NCBI GenBank assembly: GCA_964196115.1
Contig: CAXMRQ010000035.1
Span: 8,149-72,148 of the forward strand
Direction of reading: 5' to 3'
Origin: an uncultured Gammaproteobacteria bacterium
GTDB taxonomy: Bacteria; Pseudomonadota; Gammaproteobacteria; GCA-001735895
Length of the DNA: 64,000 bases
Shown in pieces: positions 37,277 to 47,033 of this stretch. Below the pieces are notes generated by a model that searched no databases, was not told the origin of the DNA, and worked only from the letters and a program-made list of their open reading frames with translations. The position numbers and the translations under genes are program-made. Position 1 is the stretch's first letter; every line of letters starts with the position of its first letter.

Positions 37277-38203
37277 TCAGAAATTCAGTTCAACCCAATA
37301 GGGTCGATGATCCGATCCATCCGCGGCTTGATCAACCCAGGCACGTTCAACCTGTCGGGCCAGGCCCGGGGAGAGGAAGCAGTAGTCCAGGCATAAACCA
37401 TGGCCGGGTTTACGTTCGGGCGGATCAGGCCACCAACTGGCGCGATCATCCTGTCCCTGCCTGGTGCTAGTCCAACTGTCGACGAAGCCATCAAGATGCG
37501 CAACTCGACCATAGCAGGGGTCTAACGCACCCACCATTTTTTCGTATTCAGCGGTATCTGGCAGGCTGTTAAAGTCGCCCATCACGACAGCCTCCCCGGG
37601 CATTTGCGGTGGGGTCTCATCATTACTCCAGTTCAGCTCAGCCATATGCCTGGCCTCGACCGGATCAACATTCTCGTCCACCTCACCACCGGTCCAGGCA
37701 CCGCCGCTCACCTGAGCATTTCGGTGGAACTCTAATATCCTGTCAATCTGCATCAGGCGTTCACGCGAGGAGACTGCAGATAGATGCAGCGAATAAATTC
37801 TAAGGGGACCCGACGGTGTATCTATCACGCATTCAATAGCTCCCGTATCCATGTTCAAACTGTCCACCGTACCCAACTTTGGCAAAACAATTAAACGAGA
37901 CATACTAATGGGCCAGCGAGAAAGCACCATGGGACCAAATTGGCGTCGCCGATTGAGCACGATGCCTTCATCGTTGCGCGTACTGGCATCCACATCGAAT
38001 GCTGAGCCATATGCCCAATAGAACTCCTGTAAATGTTTTCCAAGAATTTCAGGCTGATCAGTCATGCCGCTGTGCAGCCAGAAACGCTCTACCTCCTGCA
38101 AAGAGATAATGTCCGCGTCGCGTACGGTCTCGGCGATGCGCCCAAGATCTATTTGCTGATCGAGCCCCAGGCCGAAGCGAATATTATAAGTAACAAGCTT
38201 CAT
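37277..38203 (-). CDS. Endonuclease/exonuclease/phosphatase (EEP) family protein
   Basis: From MKLVTYNIRFGLG: N-terminal (L/V).YNI, SLQEV, and C-terminal SDHRPY are the EEP catalytic motifs. It lies 108 bp downstream of the ABC ATPase on the same strand. Confidence 0.75.
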   Translation of the reverse strand: MKLVTYNIRFGLGLDQQIDLGRIAETVRDADIISLQEVERFWLHSGMTDQPEILGKHLQEFYWAYGSAFDVDASTRNDEGIVLNRRRQFGPMVLSRWPISMSRLIVLPKLGTVDSLNMDTGAIECVIDTPSGPLRIYSLHLSAVSSRERLMQIDRILEFHRNAQVSGGAWTGGEVDENVDPVEARHMAELNWSNDETPPQMPGEAVVMGDFNSLPDTAEYEKMVGALDPCYGRVAHLDGFVDSWTSTRQGQDDRASWWPDPPERKPGHGLCLDYCFLSPGLARQVERAWVDQAADGSDHRPYWVELNF

Positions 38204-38347
38204 ATTTCCCTTCAAACAAATGCGTCTTTGAGTTCGCAACCTGGTAAAAATTGGGGTTCTGATTCCACCCGCACTGATATGATCTTAGCACGAACACAAA
38301 ATAAAGGAGGCAATATACAAGTGTAAGCGTATGAACTTTTACCCTGG

Positions 38348-39988
38348 TTATGTGGGTGGCTGGTCTTGCGCACGTTCCTTCAATAACCCGGTTAGCCAGT
38401 CAGGATCCATTTCCGGAACTGAAGATAATAATAGCTTGGTATAGTCAGGATAAGGGGGCGCCAGGATTTCACTTTTCATCCCCTGTTCGACGACTCTTCC
38501 TTCCAGCATTACCACAATTTGATCGGAGATAGCTTTCACCGTAGCGATGTCGTGGGTGATGAAAATATAGGTCAGACCCAGTTCTCTTTGCAGGCGTAGT
38601 AATAATTCCAGAATGCCTTTCTGTACGATCTGGTCGAGCGCTGATGTGACTTCGTCACATATAATTAATTCAGGATTAGCAGCCAGGGCACGCGCAATAC
38701 AAATACGTTGTTTCTGGCCACCGGAAAGTTCGGCTGGCAGTCTGTTGATAAAGCTTTCATCGAGTTCGATCATTTCCATTAATTCCAACAATCGCTGATC
38801 ACGTTCCCTGCCTTTCAAACCTAGATAAAACTCGAGTGGTCTGCCGATGATGTCACGGATTGTTTGTCGCGGATTCATCGCCGTATCGGCCATTTGATAA
38901 ATCATCTGAATCTTTTGCAGTTGATCGACACTACGCTCTTTTAATGCCGGCGGCAGGGGTTTACCGTTATATAAGATCTGCCCCTTGCTCGGTGGTAACA
39001 ATCCGGTGATAGCGCGGGCAGCCGTCGACTTACCCGAACCGGATTCGCCCACTATCGCCACCGTGTGTCCGCGTGGCACCTCGATCGAAACATCATCCAG
39101 TACCTTGGCACTACCCGTGTAACTGGCATCAATGTGGTCAACTCTGAGAATGATATCCTCCGACTCCTCTTCCTGTTTTTCGATAGAGCGAACCGACCAT
39201 AACGATTTGGTGTATTCTTTTTCCGGATTTGCCAGCATTGTTCGGGTATCGGCGTCTTCGATGGTTTCTCCGTAACGCAAAACTTTGATCACATCGGCCA
39301 TCTGCGCGACCACCGCTAAATCGTGAGTAATATAAATTGCGGCGGTGTGGTATTGCTCGACAATTTCTCGCATCGAGGCTAATACTTCTACCTGGGTTGT
39401 AACATCGAGCGCAGTCGTAGGTTCATCGAAAATAATTAAATCAGGTCGCGGTGACATTGCCATCGCGGTCATCACGCGTTGTAGCTGACCGCCAGAAACC
39501 TGGTGCGGATAGCGGTCTCCAATTGAGTCTGGATTCGGCAGTTGCAGATCGCGATATAGAGCTCGAGCATCCGCTTTGGCTTCACTTTCAGACTTTATGC
39601 CATGGCGAACAGCCGACTCAACGGTTTGATTGATGAGCCTATGCGAGGGATTGAAAGACGCTGCGGCGGACTGGGCGACATAGGCGATGCGCGAACCGCG
39701 TAGCTTGCGCTTATCATCTTCCGAAGCTTTGATTAAATCGATGCCATCGAAGATGATACTGCCGCCATTGATTTTACAGCCTGGTTTTGCAAACCCCATC
39801 GCTGCCAAACCCAGAGTTGATTTTCCTGCACCGGATTCACCGATCAGGCCCATGATTTCACCGCGCTTCAATACAACATCAACGCCTTTTATAATCTCAT
39901 GCCAACGGTCGTCACTATAGCCATCGATTACGATGCCGTGCATTTCCAGCAGGATATCGCCTTTTTGCCCTTTTTTATCGGTACTCAT
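38348..39988 (-). CDS. ABC transporter ATP-binding protein with two fused NBDs (DppD/DppF-type)
   Basis: 546 aa. Two Walker A motifs (GESGAGKST, GESGSGKST), two signature motifs (VSGGQLQR, LSGGQKQR) and two Walker B motifs (LIIFDEPT, LIICDEVT). Confidence 0.9.
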   Translation of the reverse strand: MSTDKKGQKGDILLEMHGIVIDGYSDDRWHEIIKGVDVVLKRGEIMGLIGESGAGKSTLGLAAMGFAKPGCKINGGSIIFDGIDLIKASEDDKRKLRGSRIAYVAQSAAASFNPSHRLINQTVESAVRHGIKSESEAKADARALYRDLQLPNPDSIGDRYPHQVSGGQLQRVMTAMAMSPRPDLIIFDEPTTALDVTTQVEVLASMREIVEQYHTAAIYITHDLAVVAQMADVIKVLRYGETIEDADTRTMLANPEKEYTKSLWSVRSIEKQEEESEDIILRVDHIDASYTGSAKVLDDVSIEVPRGHTVAIVGESGSGKSTAARAITGLLPPSKGQILYNGKPLPPALKERSVDQLQKIQMIYQMADTAMNPRQTIRDIIGRPLEFYLGLKGRERDQRLLELMEMIELDESFINRLPAELSGGQKQRICIARALAANPELIICDEVTSALDQIVQKGILELLLRLQRELGLTYIFITHDIATVKAISDQIVVMLEGRVVEQGMKSEILAPPYPDYTKLLLSSVPEMDPDWLTGLLKERAQDQPPT

Positions 39989-39991
39989 GCT

Positions 39992-40915
39992 TTAATGCTC
40001 ATCTTTTAGGCCGCTGGTTTTATGCAGGAACCAGTCGACTACGAAATTGACTGCGACGGTCAACAGTGCAATCGCCGCTGCAGGCAACATCGGTGTCATG
40101 GCCGCGGTTAAATCATATTCGGCAAATTGAATCAGACCGGCGGTTTCACGAACCATCGAGCCCCAGTCAGCGGTCGGCGGCTGAATACCAACGCCGAGAA
40201 AAGACAATGCCGCAATGGTCAGGAATACGAAGCAAAAGCGTAATCCAAACTCGACGATTAATGGCGGCAGAATATTGGGTAATATTTCTCTGCGCATAAC
40301 CCAGCTTAAACCTTCACCTCTGAGCCTGGCGGCTTCTACATAATCCATCACCACCACATTGAGCGACACCGCTCGAGTCACACGAAAAACACGGGTGGCG
40401 TCGAGTACCGCGATAATCAAGATCAAATTCGTCGCAGTTGCGCCAAACATGGATATCAGGATCAGCGCGAAAATCAGGCTGGGTATGGCCATTAAAACAT
40501 CGACTGAGCGGCTGATAAGGTCATCCAGCCATCCCCGGCTGAGAGCTGCGGTAATGCCGAGACTTCCGCCGATTAAAAATGCGAGCACGGTGGTCGCAAA
40601 GGCGATGCCGACTGTATTTCGAGCGCCGTAAATAAGCCTTGAGAGAACGTCGCGGCCCAATTGATCGGTACCGAACATGAATTCGTCGCTCCAGGGTGCG
40701 TAGGACAGATCAAATATTTCGGCCTCGCCATACGGTGCCAGTAGCGGCGCGAATAGCGCGAAGAATACATAAATCAATATAACGACCATGCCGAACAGCG
40801 CCGTCGGTGGCGCGGATTTAAGACCACGCCAGATATTTTCTAGCAGTGTTCGACGAGCTTTGAGCATGCTGACTTCGCCCGCTGCTGAATAGCCCTGTTC
40901 TCCACCATTGCTCAT
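39992..40915 (-). CDS. ABC transporter permease (DppC/OppC-like)
   Basis: 307 aa, 6 TM helices, with an EAA-like loop (YVEAARLRGEG). Confidence 0.9.
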   Translation of the reverse strand: MSNGGEQGYSAAGEVSMLKARRTLLENIWRGLKSAPPTALFGMVVILIYVFFALFAPLLAPYGEAEIFDLSYAPWSDEFMFGTDQLGRDVLSRLIYGARNTVGIAFATTVLAFLIGGSLGITAALSRGWLDDLISRSVDVLMAIPSLIFALILISMFGATATNLILIIAVLDATRVFRVTRAVSLNVVVMDYVEAARLRGEGLSWVMRREILPNILPPLIVEFGLRFCFVFLTIAALSFLGVGIQPPTADWGSMVRETAGLIQFAEYDLTAAMTPMLPAAAIALLTVAVNFVVDWFLHKTSGLKDEH

Positions 40916-40925
40916 GAATTAGTTC

Positions 40926-41909
40926 TCATCTTGGATGTAATAGTCTGGGGTTGGTAACAATCGAAATAATGTCCGCAAACAAGTTGAGTAATATATAAGT
41001 CGCTGCAAAAATCATCGCGCACCCCTGCACTACCGGCACGTCTCGAGTGGTTACTGCGTCAACCATTAACTGGCCGACTCCCGGGTAGACAAAGACTACC
41101 TCAACCACGACAACACCGACCACCAGATAGGCTAGGTTGAACGCGATGACAGTGACAATCGGAGCCCAGGCATTTGGCAACGCATGCTGCAAAATAACCT
41201 GCATTTTCGAAACTCCTTTAAGATTGGCCATTTCAATATAGGGGCTCGCCATCAGGTTGATGATCGCTGCCCGGGTCTGGCGCATCATATGGGCTATTAT
41301 GACTAGTGTCAGCGTCAGTGCCGGCAAAGCGGATAAATAAACCTGTTCCCAGAATGTCGCATCCGAGCTGATGTTAGCCAGTGACGGAAAAACTTTGGTA
41401 AACGAAGATAAAAATAGTATTAACATGTATGCGACGAAAAATTCGGGAAACGAAATTGTGGTCAAGGTCAGCGCGTTGACCACTCGATCATAGATTGAAT
41501 TTCGATAGAGTGCGGCTGTTATGCCGAGAAACAACGCGAGTGGAACTGAAATGATTGCAGCCATAGACGCCAGAAATAAGGTGTTAGCCAGGCGCGGCGC
41601 TATTAAATCGATAACAGCCCGCGAACGATCTGCGCCACCCGAAGATCCTCTTCCGGAAAATGAATTACCCATATCCCCGGTCAGTATGCCACCCAACCAG
41701 TCTAGATAGCGTTCATGCATCGGCAGATCCAATCCGAGCTCAGTTCGAAATGCCTGGACGGTTTCGGGTAATGCCGCCTGACCCAGGACCGCCTGGCCAA
41801 AGTCGCCCGGCAAAAATTCGATCGAGCTGAATATAATCAACGAGACCACAAACAACGTGACTAAGCCCAGGCCAAGTCTTTGCAGTATGGTGCGAACTAT
41901 CGGATGCAC
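40926..41909 (-). CDS. ABC transporter permease (DppB/OppB-like)
   Basis: 327 aa. The N-terminus I..RL......L...S...F and the EAA-like loop (PYIEMANLKGVS) match the BPD_transp_1 pattern. Confidence 0.9.
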   Translation of the reverse strand: MHPIVRTILQRLGLGLVTLFVVSLIIFSSIEFLPGDFGQAVLGQAALPETVQAFRTELGLDLPMHERYLDWLGGILTGDMGNSFSGRGSSGGADRSRAVIDLIAPRLANTLFLASMAAIISVPLALFLGITAALYRNSIYDRVVNALTLTTISFPEFFVAYMLILFLSSFTKVFPSLANISSDATFWEQVYLSALPALTLTLVIIAHMMRQTRAAIINLMASPYIEMANLKGVSKMQVILQHALPNAWAPIVTVIAFNLAYLVVGVVVVEVVFVYPGVGQLMVDAVTTRDVPVVQGCAMIFAATYILLNLFADIISIVTNPRLLHPR

Positions 41910-42022
41910 AATGCTCCCCTCCTCAAACCAGCAGGCCTATTCGATTCCCGCTAAATAGCAGCCAGAGTAATAATAATTATAGAGAGGTAATGGACCGCAG
42001 CCCATTACCTCAGTCCTTCAGT

Positions 42023-43624
42023 TTAAGCAAACCACCAACGTTCGATGGCCTTGTTGCCATCCTTATCCCAGTTGCCCGCAACCTGGCCATGCGCGACTTT
42101 CTTGTTAAGCGCCATGATGTAGTTGGCAAACATCGGGGCCAACGTGCCGCCGTCGTCACTAATCAGCACCTGGCACTCGTAGTACATCTCGCGACGTTTA
42201 CTGGTATCGAGTTCGGACCGCGCCGCAATGACTAGCTTGTTGAAGCGATCGGCCGCCGGACCTTTGGTCCAGGCCGTGTCGTTCCATTTACTTTCAGCCA
42301 CATAGGCCGCAGTAAACATCCAGTCCTCGGTCGGACGGCCACCCCAGTAGCAGGCGGCCCAGGGTTTTTTGTTCCAGACGTTTGACCAGTAGCCATCCTT
42401 GGGCTCACGTATCACGTTGATATTGACGCCAGCCTTAGCCGCAGAATCCTTTATCAACAGCGCCGCGTCGACCGCGCCGGAAAATGCCGCTTCCGAAGTG
42501 CCGAGATCGATGGGTGTATTCTCCATGCCAGCTTTTTTGATATGGTAGCGGGCCTTGTCCGGATCGTATTTGCGTTGCGGCATTTCACCGTTATGATACG
42601 GATTCGCTGTCGAAATCGGGTGATCGTTGCCGATTGCGCCGTGTCCGAGCAGGATTTTCTTCAACAGCTGTTCACGATCAACCGACAGCTTGAGCGCCAT
42701 GCGCACATCATAGTTATCAAACGGTGCTGCATTGACGCGCATCGGGAAGGTGTAGTGTAAGGTACCCGTAGTCTCCAGGATTTTAAGATTCGGATTACGA
42801 CTAATCAAGTGCACGGTTTTTGGATCGACCCGGTCGATCATGTCTACTTCCTGATTCATGGCCGCACTTTGCCGCGATGTGACATCGACTAGCGATAACA
42901 GTTCGATTTCATCGAAATGCGCTCGCCCGGCCTTCCAGTAGTTCGGATTACGTTTGAAGGTGGCGCGAACGCCCGGCTCGAATTTCTCGATCATGTAACC
43001 ACCGGTGCCAAAACCCGCCTGCCAATCCATGCTGCCACCTTTTTCCGGCATAATTGCAAAGTGATAATCGCTGAGGATGAATGGGAAGTCGGCGTTACCG
43101 CCGCTGAGCGTGAAGGTAACCTCGTGGCTGCCATTCTTTTTCATGCTCACTAGCGGATCCAGCAGCGATTTGCCGGCCGATTTGGAATCTTCGCCTCGAT
43201 GATGATTGATCGACGCGATGACATCATCTGCGGTCATCGACTTGCCGTTGTGAAATTCGACCCCCTTGCGTAGTTTGATCACCCAGGTTTTGGCGTCCTT
43301 GCTGGCCTCGAAGCTCTCCGCCAGTTCGGGTATCAGTTGCCCGGTATTGGCAACCTCGAACAGATGATTGGAATAAGCAAAAACGGTGTCGTTCATAAAA
43401 CCGTTTTCATGCGTTCCGGGATCCAGCGTGTCAGTCGTCGAACCATGCCCAACACCCAGTCTAAACTTGCCACCCTTTTTGGGTGTGGCCGCATGCACGG
43501 ATTGCGAAAGCAGGGTAGTAGCGAACGGCGCCGCCAGGCCCAGTGCGCCCGCACGCTTGATGAATTCACGGCGATCTAGCTTACCTTCTATTGCTAATTT
43601 TTCTAACGCTTTGATATCGGTCAT
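42023..43624 (-). CDS. ABC substrate-binding protein, family 5 (peptide/opine/nickel type), Tat signal; paralog 1
   Basis: 533 aa. The twin-arginine signal LDRREFIKRAGALGLAAPFATTLLSQSVHA is followed by the SBP_bac_5 pattern (LA.S.E.S.D.KTW..KLR.GV.FHNG). It is first in the operon with the permeases and ATPase. Confidence 0.9.
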   Translation of the reverse strand: MTDIKALEKLAIEGKLDRREFIKRAGALGLAAPFATTLLSQSVHAATPKKGGKFRLGVGHGSTTDTLDPGTHENGFMNDTVFAYSNHLFEVANTGQLIPELAESFEASKDAKTWVIKLRKGVEFHNGKSMTADDVIASINHHRGEDSKSAGKSLLDPLVSMKKNGSHEVTFTLSGGNADFPFILSDYHFAIMPEKGGSMDWQAGFGTGGYMIEKFEPGVRATFKRNPNYWKAGRAHFDEIELLSLVDVTSRQSAAMNQEVDMIDRVDPKTVHLISRNPNLKILETTGTLHYTFPMRVNAAPFDNYDVRMALKLSVDREQLLKKILLGHGAIGNDHPISTANPYHNGEMPQRKYDPDKARYHIKKAGMENTPIDLGTSEAAFSGAVDAALLIKDSAAKAGVNINVIREPKDGYWSNVWNKKPWAACYWGGRPTEDWMFTAAYVAESKWNDTAWTKGPAADRFNKLVIAARSELDTSKRREMYYECQVLISDDGGTLAPMFANYIMALNKKVAHGQVAGNWDKDGNKAIERWWFA

Positions 43625-43829
43625 TGGAATTTCCTCGATTTATAATATTTAGGTTGTCCGTAGATAATTTCCTTTGCAATTTGTTTACTTATTATTTTTG
43701 AAAACTAATTATTAAAACAACGCAGTAGTACTGATATAACACGAAACAGCCTGAAAGATCAATCTTAAGGATGGGCTAATTAATTCCCGTTGCCAGATTA
43801 TGCTGTCGGCTCGTAGCACGTTTGGTTGA
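43625..43829 (-). repeat. Duplicated promoter/5'-leader region, copy upstream of SBP paralog 1
   Basis: About 205 bp are alignable with 45593-45797. They are near-identical next to the start codon (CATTGGAAT(T/G)TCCTCGATTTATAATATTTAGGTTGTCCGTAGATA) and diverge further upstream. Confidence 0.8.
43723..43751 (-). promoter_or_regulatory. Candidate sigma70 promoter for SBP paralog 1 operon
   Basis: On the minus strand, TTGATC-17 nt-TTATAT lies ~110 nt upstream of the start codon. It is conserved in the second copy. Confidence 0.4.
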
Positions 43830-43935
43830 AAGGCCACAAAAAGGCAAAATGGGACGTTACCCTTTACGATTTTTCTAAGCCTCGATTCATACGGGCACGG
43901 AGACTAAATTGGAGGATCTAAAAGGGTAGTGTCCC

Positions 43936-43975
43936 CAATGTGAGACAATGGGCTTTAGCCCATTGTCTCACATTG
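43936..43975 (-). terminator. Perfect 19-bp hairpin downstream of SBP paralog 2
   Basis: CAATGTGAGACAATGGGCT-TT-AGCCCATTGTCTCACATTG begins 15 nt after the paralog-2 stop. It has no clean U-run, so it may act as a terminator, a stabiliser, or both. Confidence 0.55.
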
Positions 43976-43990
43976 CCTCAAGTTGACTGA

Positions 43991-45592
43991 TTAGGCGAAC
44001 CACCACCTTTCAGCCGCCTTGTAACCGTCATAGTCAAAATTTCCTGCCATTTTGTCGTGCATTACACTTTTATCTAGCGCCATTATATAATTAGCAAACA
44101 TCGGTACCAGTGCGCCGCCATGTTCGTTCACGATTACCTGACATTCATAGTACAGTTCACGGCGCTTGTTGGTATCTAATTCAGCACGCGCTTGTACAAC
44201 CAACTTATTAAATTGGTCTGCAGCAGCACCCGTGTGCCAGGCTGTGTCGTTCCATTTGCCTCCGGCCGTGTAGGCAGCAGAGAACATCCAGTCTTCCGTA
44301 GGGCGACCACTCCAGTAGCAGGCACTCCAGGGTTTTTTGTTCCAGACATTGGACCAGTATCCGTCTTTCGGCTCACGAACCACGTTGATGTCGATTCCTA
44401 CCCTGGCTGCTGAATCTTTAATCAACAAGGCTGCGTCAACAGCACCGGCAAATGCGGCGTCTGACGAACTCAAATCGAGCGTAATGCCCTCCATACCTGC
44501 TTTCTTCAGGTGATGACGAGCCTTGTCCGGATCGTAGCTGCGTTGAGGCATTTCGGCATTATGATAGGGATTAGCAGTTGAGATCGGATGATCGTTACCG
44601 AGTGCACCATGGTCCAGCAGAATCTTTTTAACCAGTTGCTCACGATCAACTGACAGCTTGACCGCCATGCGTAAATCATAATTGTCGAATGGTGCGACAT
44701 CTACCCGCATCGGAAAGGTGTAATGCAAGGTGCCGGTTGCTTCGATGATTTTTAGCCTGCTGACCCGGCTCATCAAGTGCACTGTTTTTGGGTCGACGCG
44801 ACTAATTGAATGTACGTCACCATTCATGGCCGCATTTTGTCGAGCCGTGGTATCCAGCAACGAAAGCAGCTCGACTTCATCGAAATGGGCACGGTCTGAT
44901 TTAAAGTAATTGGGAGCTCGTTTGAGTGAAGCACGTACGCCCGGTTCGAATTTCTCAACCGTGTATCCGCCAGTTCCCACATATGATTGCCAATCCAGCT
45001 CTCCATCTTTTGCCGGCACAATCGGAAATTGGCCACTGCTGACAATCGACGGGAAATCAGCATTGCCTTCTGCGAGTTTGAATTCGACCTCGTACTTGCC
45101 TTTCTTGGTGATACTTGATACCGCAGTCAGAAAAGCCTTTCCGGCAGATTTCGTATCTTCCCCACGATGGAAATTGAACGAGGGTATAACATCATCGGCA
45201 GTCATGGTTTTGCCATTATGGAATTCGACGCCCCGGCGTAACTTGAATGTCCAAGTTTTGGCATCGGCGCTGGCTTCGTAACTTTCAGCCAGTTCCGGTA
45301 TCGTGCGTCCATTGTTATCAATTTCCGTCAACTGGTTTCGAAAGCTCCACGACAGGGATGACACAAAGCCATTCTCATCCTGGCCGGGGACCAGTGTATC
45401 GGTGGTCGAGCCATATCCTAATCCCATCACAAATCTGCCACCTTTTTTCGGCGTCGCGGCTTGAACAGATTGTGAAAGCAGACTGGTTGCGAAAGGCGCG
45501 GCAAGGCCCAGTGCGCCTGCGCGCTTGATAAATTCACGGCGATCTAGCTTACCTTCAATTGCTAATTTTTCTAACGCTTTGATATCGGTCAT
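43991..45592 (-). CDS. ABC substrate-binding protein, family 5, Tat signal; paralog 2
   Basis: 533 aa, exactly the length of paralog 1 and roughly 70% identical by eye. The first ~36 residues are identical apart from one substitution. Confidence 0.9.
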   Translation of the reverse strand: MTDIKALEKLAIEGKLDRREFIKRAGALGLAAPFATSLLSQSVQAATPKKGGRFVMGLGYGSTTDTLVPGQDENGFVSSLSWSFRNQLTEIDNNGRTIPELAESYEASADAKTWTFKLRRGVEFHNGKTMTADDVIPSFNFHRGEDTKSAGKAFLTAVSSITKKGKYEVEFKLAEGNADFPSIVSSGQFPIVPAKDGELDWQSYVGTGGYTVEKFEPGVRASLKRAPNYFKSDRAHFDEVELLSLLDTTARQNAAMNGDVHSISRVDPKTVHLMSRVSRLKIIEATGTLHYTFPMRVDVAPFDNYDLRMAVKLSVDREQLVKKILLDHGALGNDHPISTANPYHNAEMPQRSYDPDKARHHLKKAGMEGITLDLSSSDAAFAGAVDAALLIKDSAARVGIDINVVREPKDGYWSNVWNKKPWSACYWSGRPTEDWMFSAAYTAGGKWNDTAWHTGAAADQFNKLVVQARAELDTNKRRELYYECQVIVNEHGGALVPMFANYIMALDKSVMHDKMAGNFDYDGYKAAERWWFA

Positions 45593-45797
45593 TGGAATGT
45601 CCTCGATTTATAATATTTAGGTTGTCCGTAGATAGTTTCCTCTGCAGCATGTTTTCTTTTATTTTGGAAAATTAATTATTAAAACATTGCAGTAGCACCG
45701 ATATAACACGAAACAACCTGAAAGATCAATCTTAAGGAAAATACAACTAATATCCGTAGGCAGATTATAGTGTCGGCTCGCAGGCTGTTTGGCTGAA
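45593..45797 (-). repeat. Duplicated promoter/5'-leader region, copy upstream of SBP paralog 2
   Basis: See 43625-43829. Confidence 0.8.
45701..45729 (-). promoter_or_regulatory. Candidate sigma70 promoter for SBP paralog 2
   Basis: The same TTGATC-17-TTATAT arrangement as at 43723-43751. Confidence 0.4.
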
Positions 45798-45924
45798 GAT
45801 ATTCACTAATTAGCAGGAACCACTAACCCAGGTGGGGTATCTCAATTAGGTGAAAATATGATCTATCCTGGTCATCCGATGCCGGTTTGCGCCGCGTTTC
45901 TCTGGGATGACGGACTCAAGCCTA

Positions 45925-46206
45925 TTATCGAAATAACCGCCCCCCGGCACTAATACTACTACAATCGATTCCCAGTCTTTTCAGGCATACATACATCAGT
46001 GCAGAATTACTCGTGACAACTGGTTTATCCAGCACCTGCTCCAACGCTGGCACTGCTTCAAGCGCGCGGTAATCGGTACAGGATATAACAATCAAGTCTG
46101 CTTCGGGATGATCGGCTTTGAGGCCCATGTGATAGGCATCTTCGGGTGTCAATGCATTTTTCTCAACACTGCTTAACTCTGTTTCGTAACCCAGCTGGTT
46201 TACCAC
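45925..46206 (-). pseudogene. C-terminal fragment of an Asp/Glu-racemase-superfamily gene (maleate isomerase/arylmalonate decarboxylase-like)
   Basis: The 93-aa ORF (..LIVISCTDYRALEAVPALEQVLDKPVVTSNSALMYVCLKRLG) matches only the last third of ~250-aa family members. A stop lies 12 codons upstream of the GTG, and the next gene starts divergently 114 bp away, leaving no room for the N-terminal domain. Confidence 0.55.
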
Positions 46207-46319
46207 TTTTATCCTCGGCCTGTCACTTGTCTTGGAACTGAATTATAGTGAGGAGCAATTTAAAAAGTTCGTTTACCATCTAAATCTATTAGCCACGTAT
46301 TACAGACAGGAAGTAACTG

Positions 46320-47033
46320 ATGTCCTATAAAGGTATCGTCTTCGATAAAGACGGAACCCTGATCGACTTTAACTCAACCTGGCTGCCGGTATATCACTAC
46401 GCCGCACTCGAATTTGCGAACCATGACCAGAAACTCGCGGATGAATTACTGGGGTGTCACGGTTTTGATCATAGTAGCGGTCGTTTTACCGGTGGATCGC
46501 TACTCGCCGCGGGCAATAATCATCAAATTGCTATCGCATGGTCGTCACAATTGCCGAATTCAGACGACGATGAAAAACTGCAAGCAATGAGTACACGGTT
46601 AAATCAGATATTCCAGCAACAGGGCGCACTACACGCGACACCAGTCAATAATTTGCAATCGACTCTACGCACACTGAAACAGGCTGGTATAAAACTGGGC
46701 GTCGCTACCAGTGATAGTTATCAGGGAATTCATAACACCTTACAATCTTTTGACGTGTTATCCGAGTTTGAGTTTCTATGCGGTTACGACAGTGGCCACG
46801 GCACTAAACCCGAACCGGGCATGGTGCTCGCATTTTGTGAAGCAACCTCGTTAGCGCCATCCGAAGTCATTGTAGTCGGCGATAATAGCCACGATATGGA
46901 AATGGGCAAGAGTGCGGCGGCGGGTCTTTGTGTTGGTGTGCTAACCGGCACCAGCACGCGAGCGGAACTTGAAGCGCTGGCCGACGAAGTTTTCGAAGAT
47001 ATCGGTGGATTAATTACCCTCTTCGACGGGTAA
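46320..47033 (+). CDS. HAD-superfamily hydrolase, subfamily IA
   Basis: 237 aa. Motif I is VFDKDGTLID, motif II is GVATSD, and motifs III/IV are K.....VGDN.HD. The substrate is not inferable. Confidence 0.75.
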   Translation: MSYKGIVFDKDGTLIDFNSTWLPVYHYAALEFANHDQKLADELLGCHGFDHSSGRFTGGSLLAAGNNHQIAIAWSSQLPNSDDDEKLQAMSTRLNQIFQQQGALHATPVNNLQSTLRTLKQAGIKLGVATSDSYQGIHNTLQSFDVLSEFEFLCGYDSGHGTKPEPGMVLAFCEATSLAPSEVIVVGDNSHDMEMGKSAAAGLCVGVLTGTSTRAELEALADEVFEDIGGLITLFDG

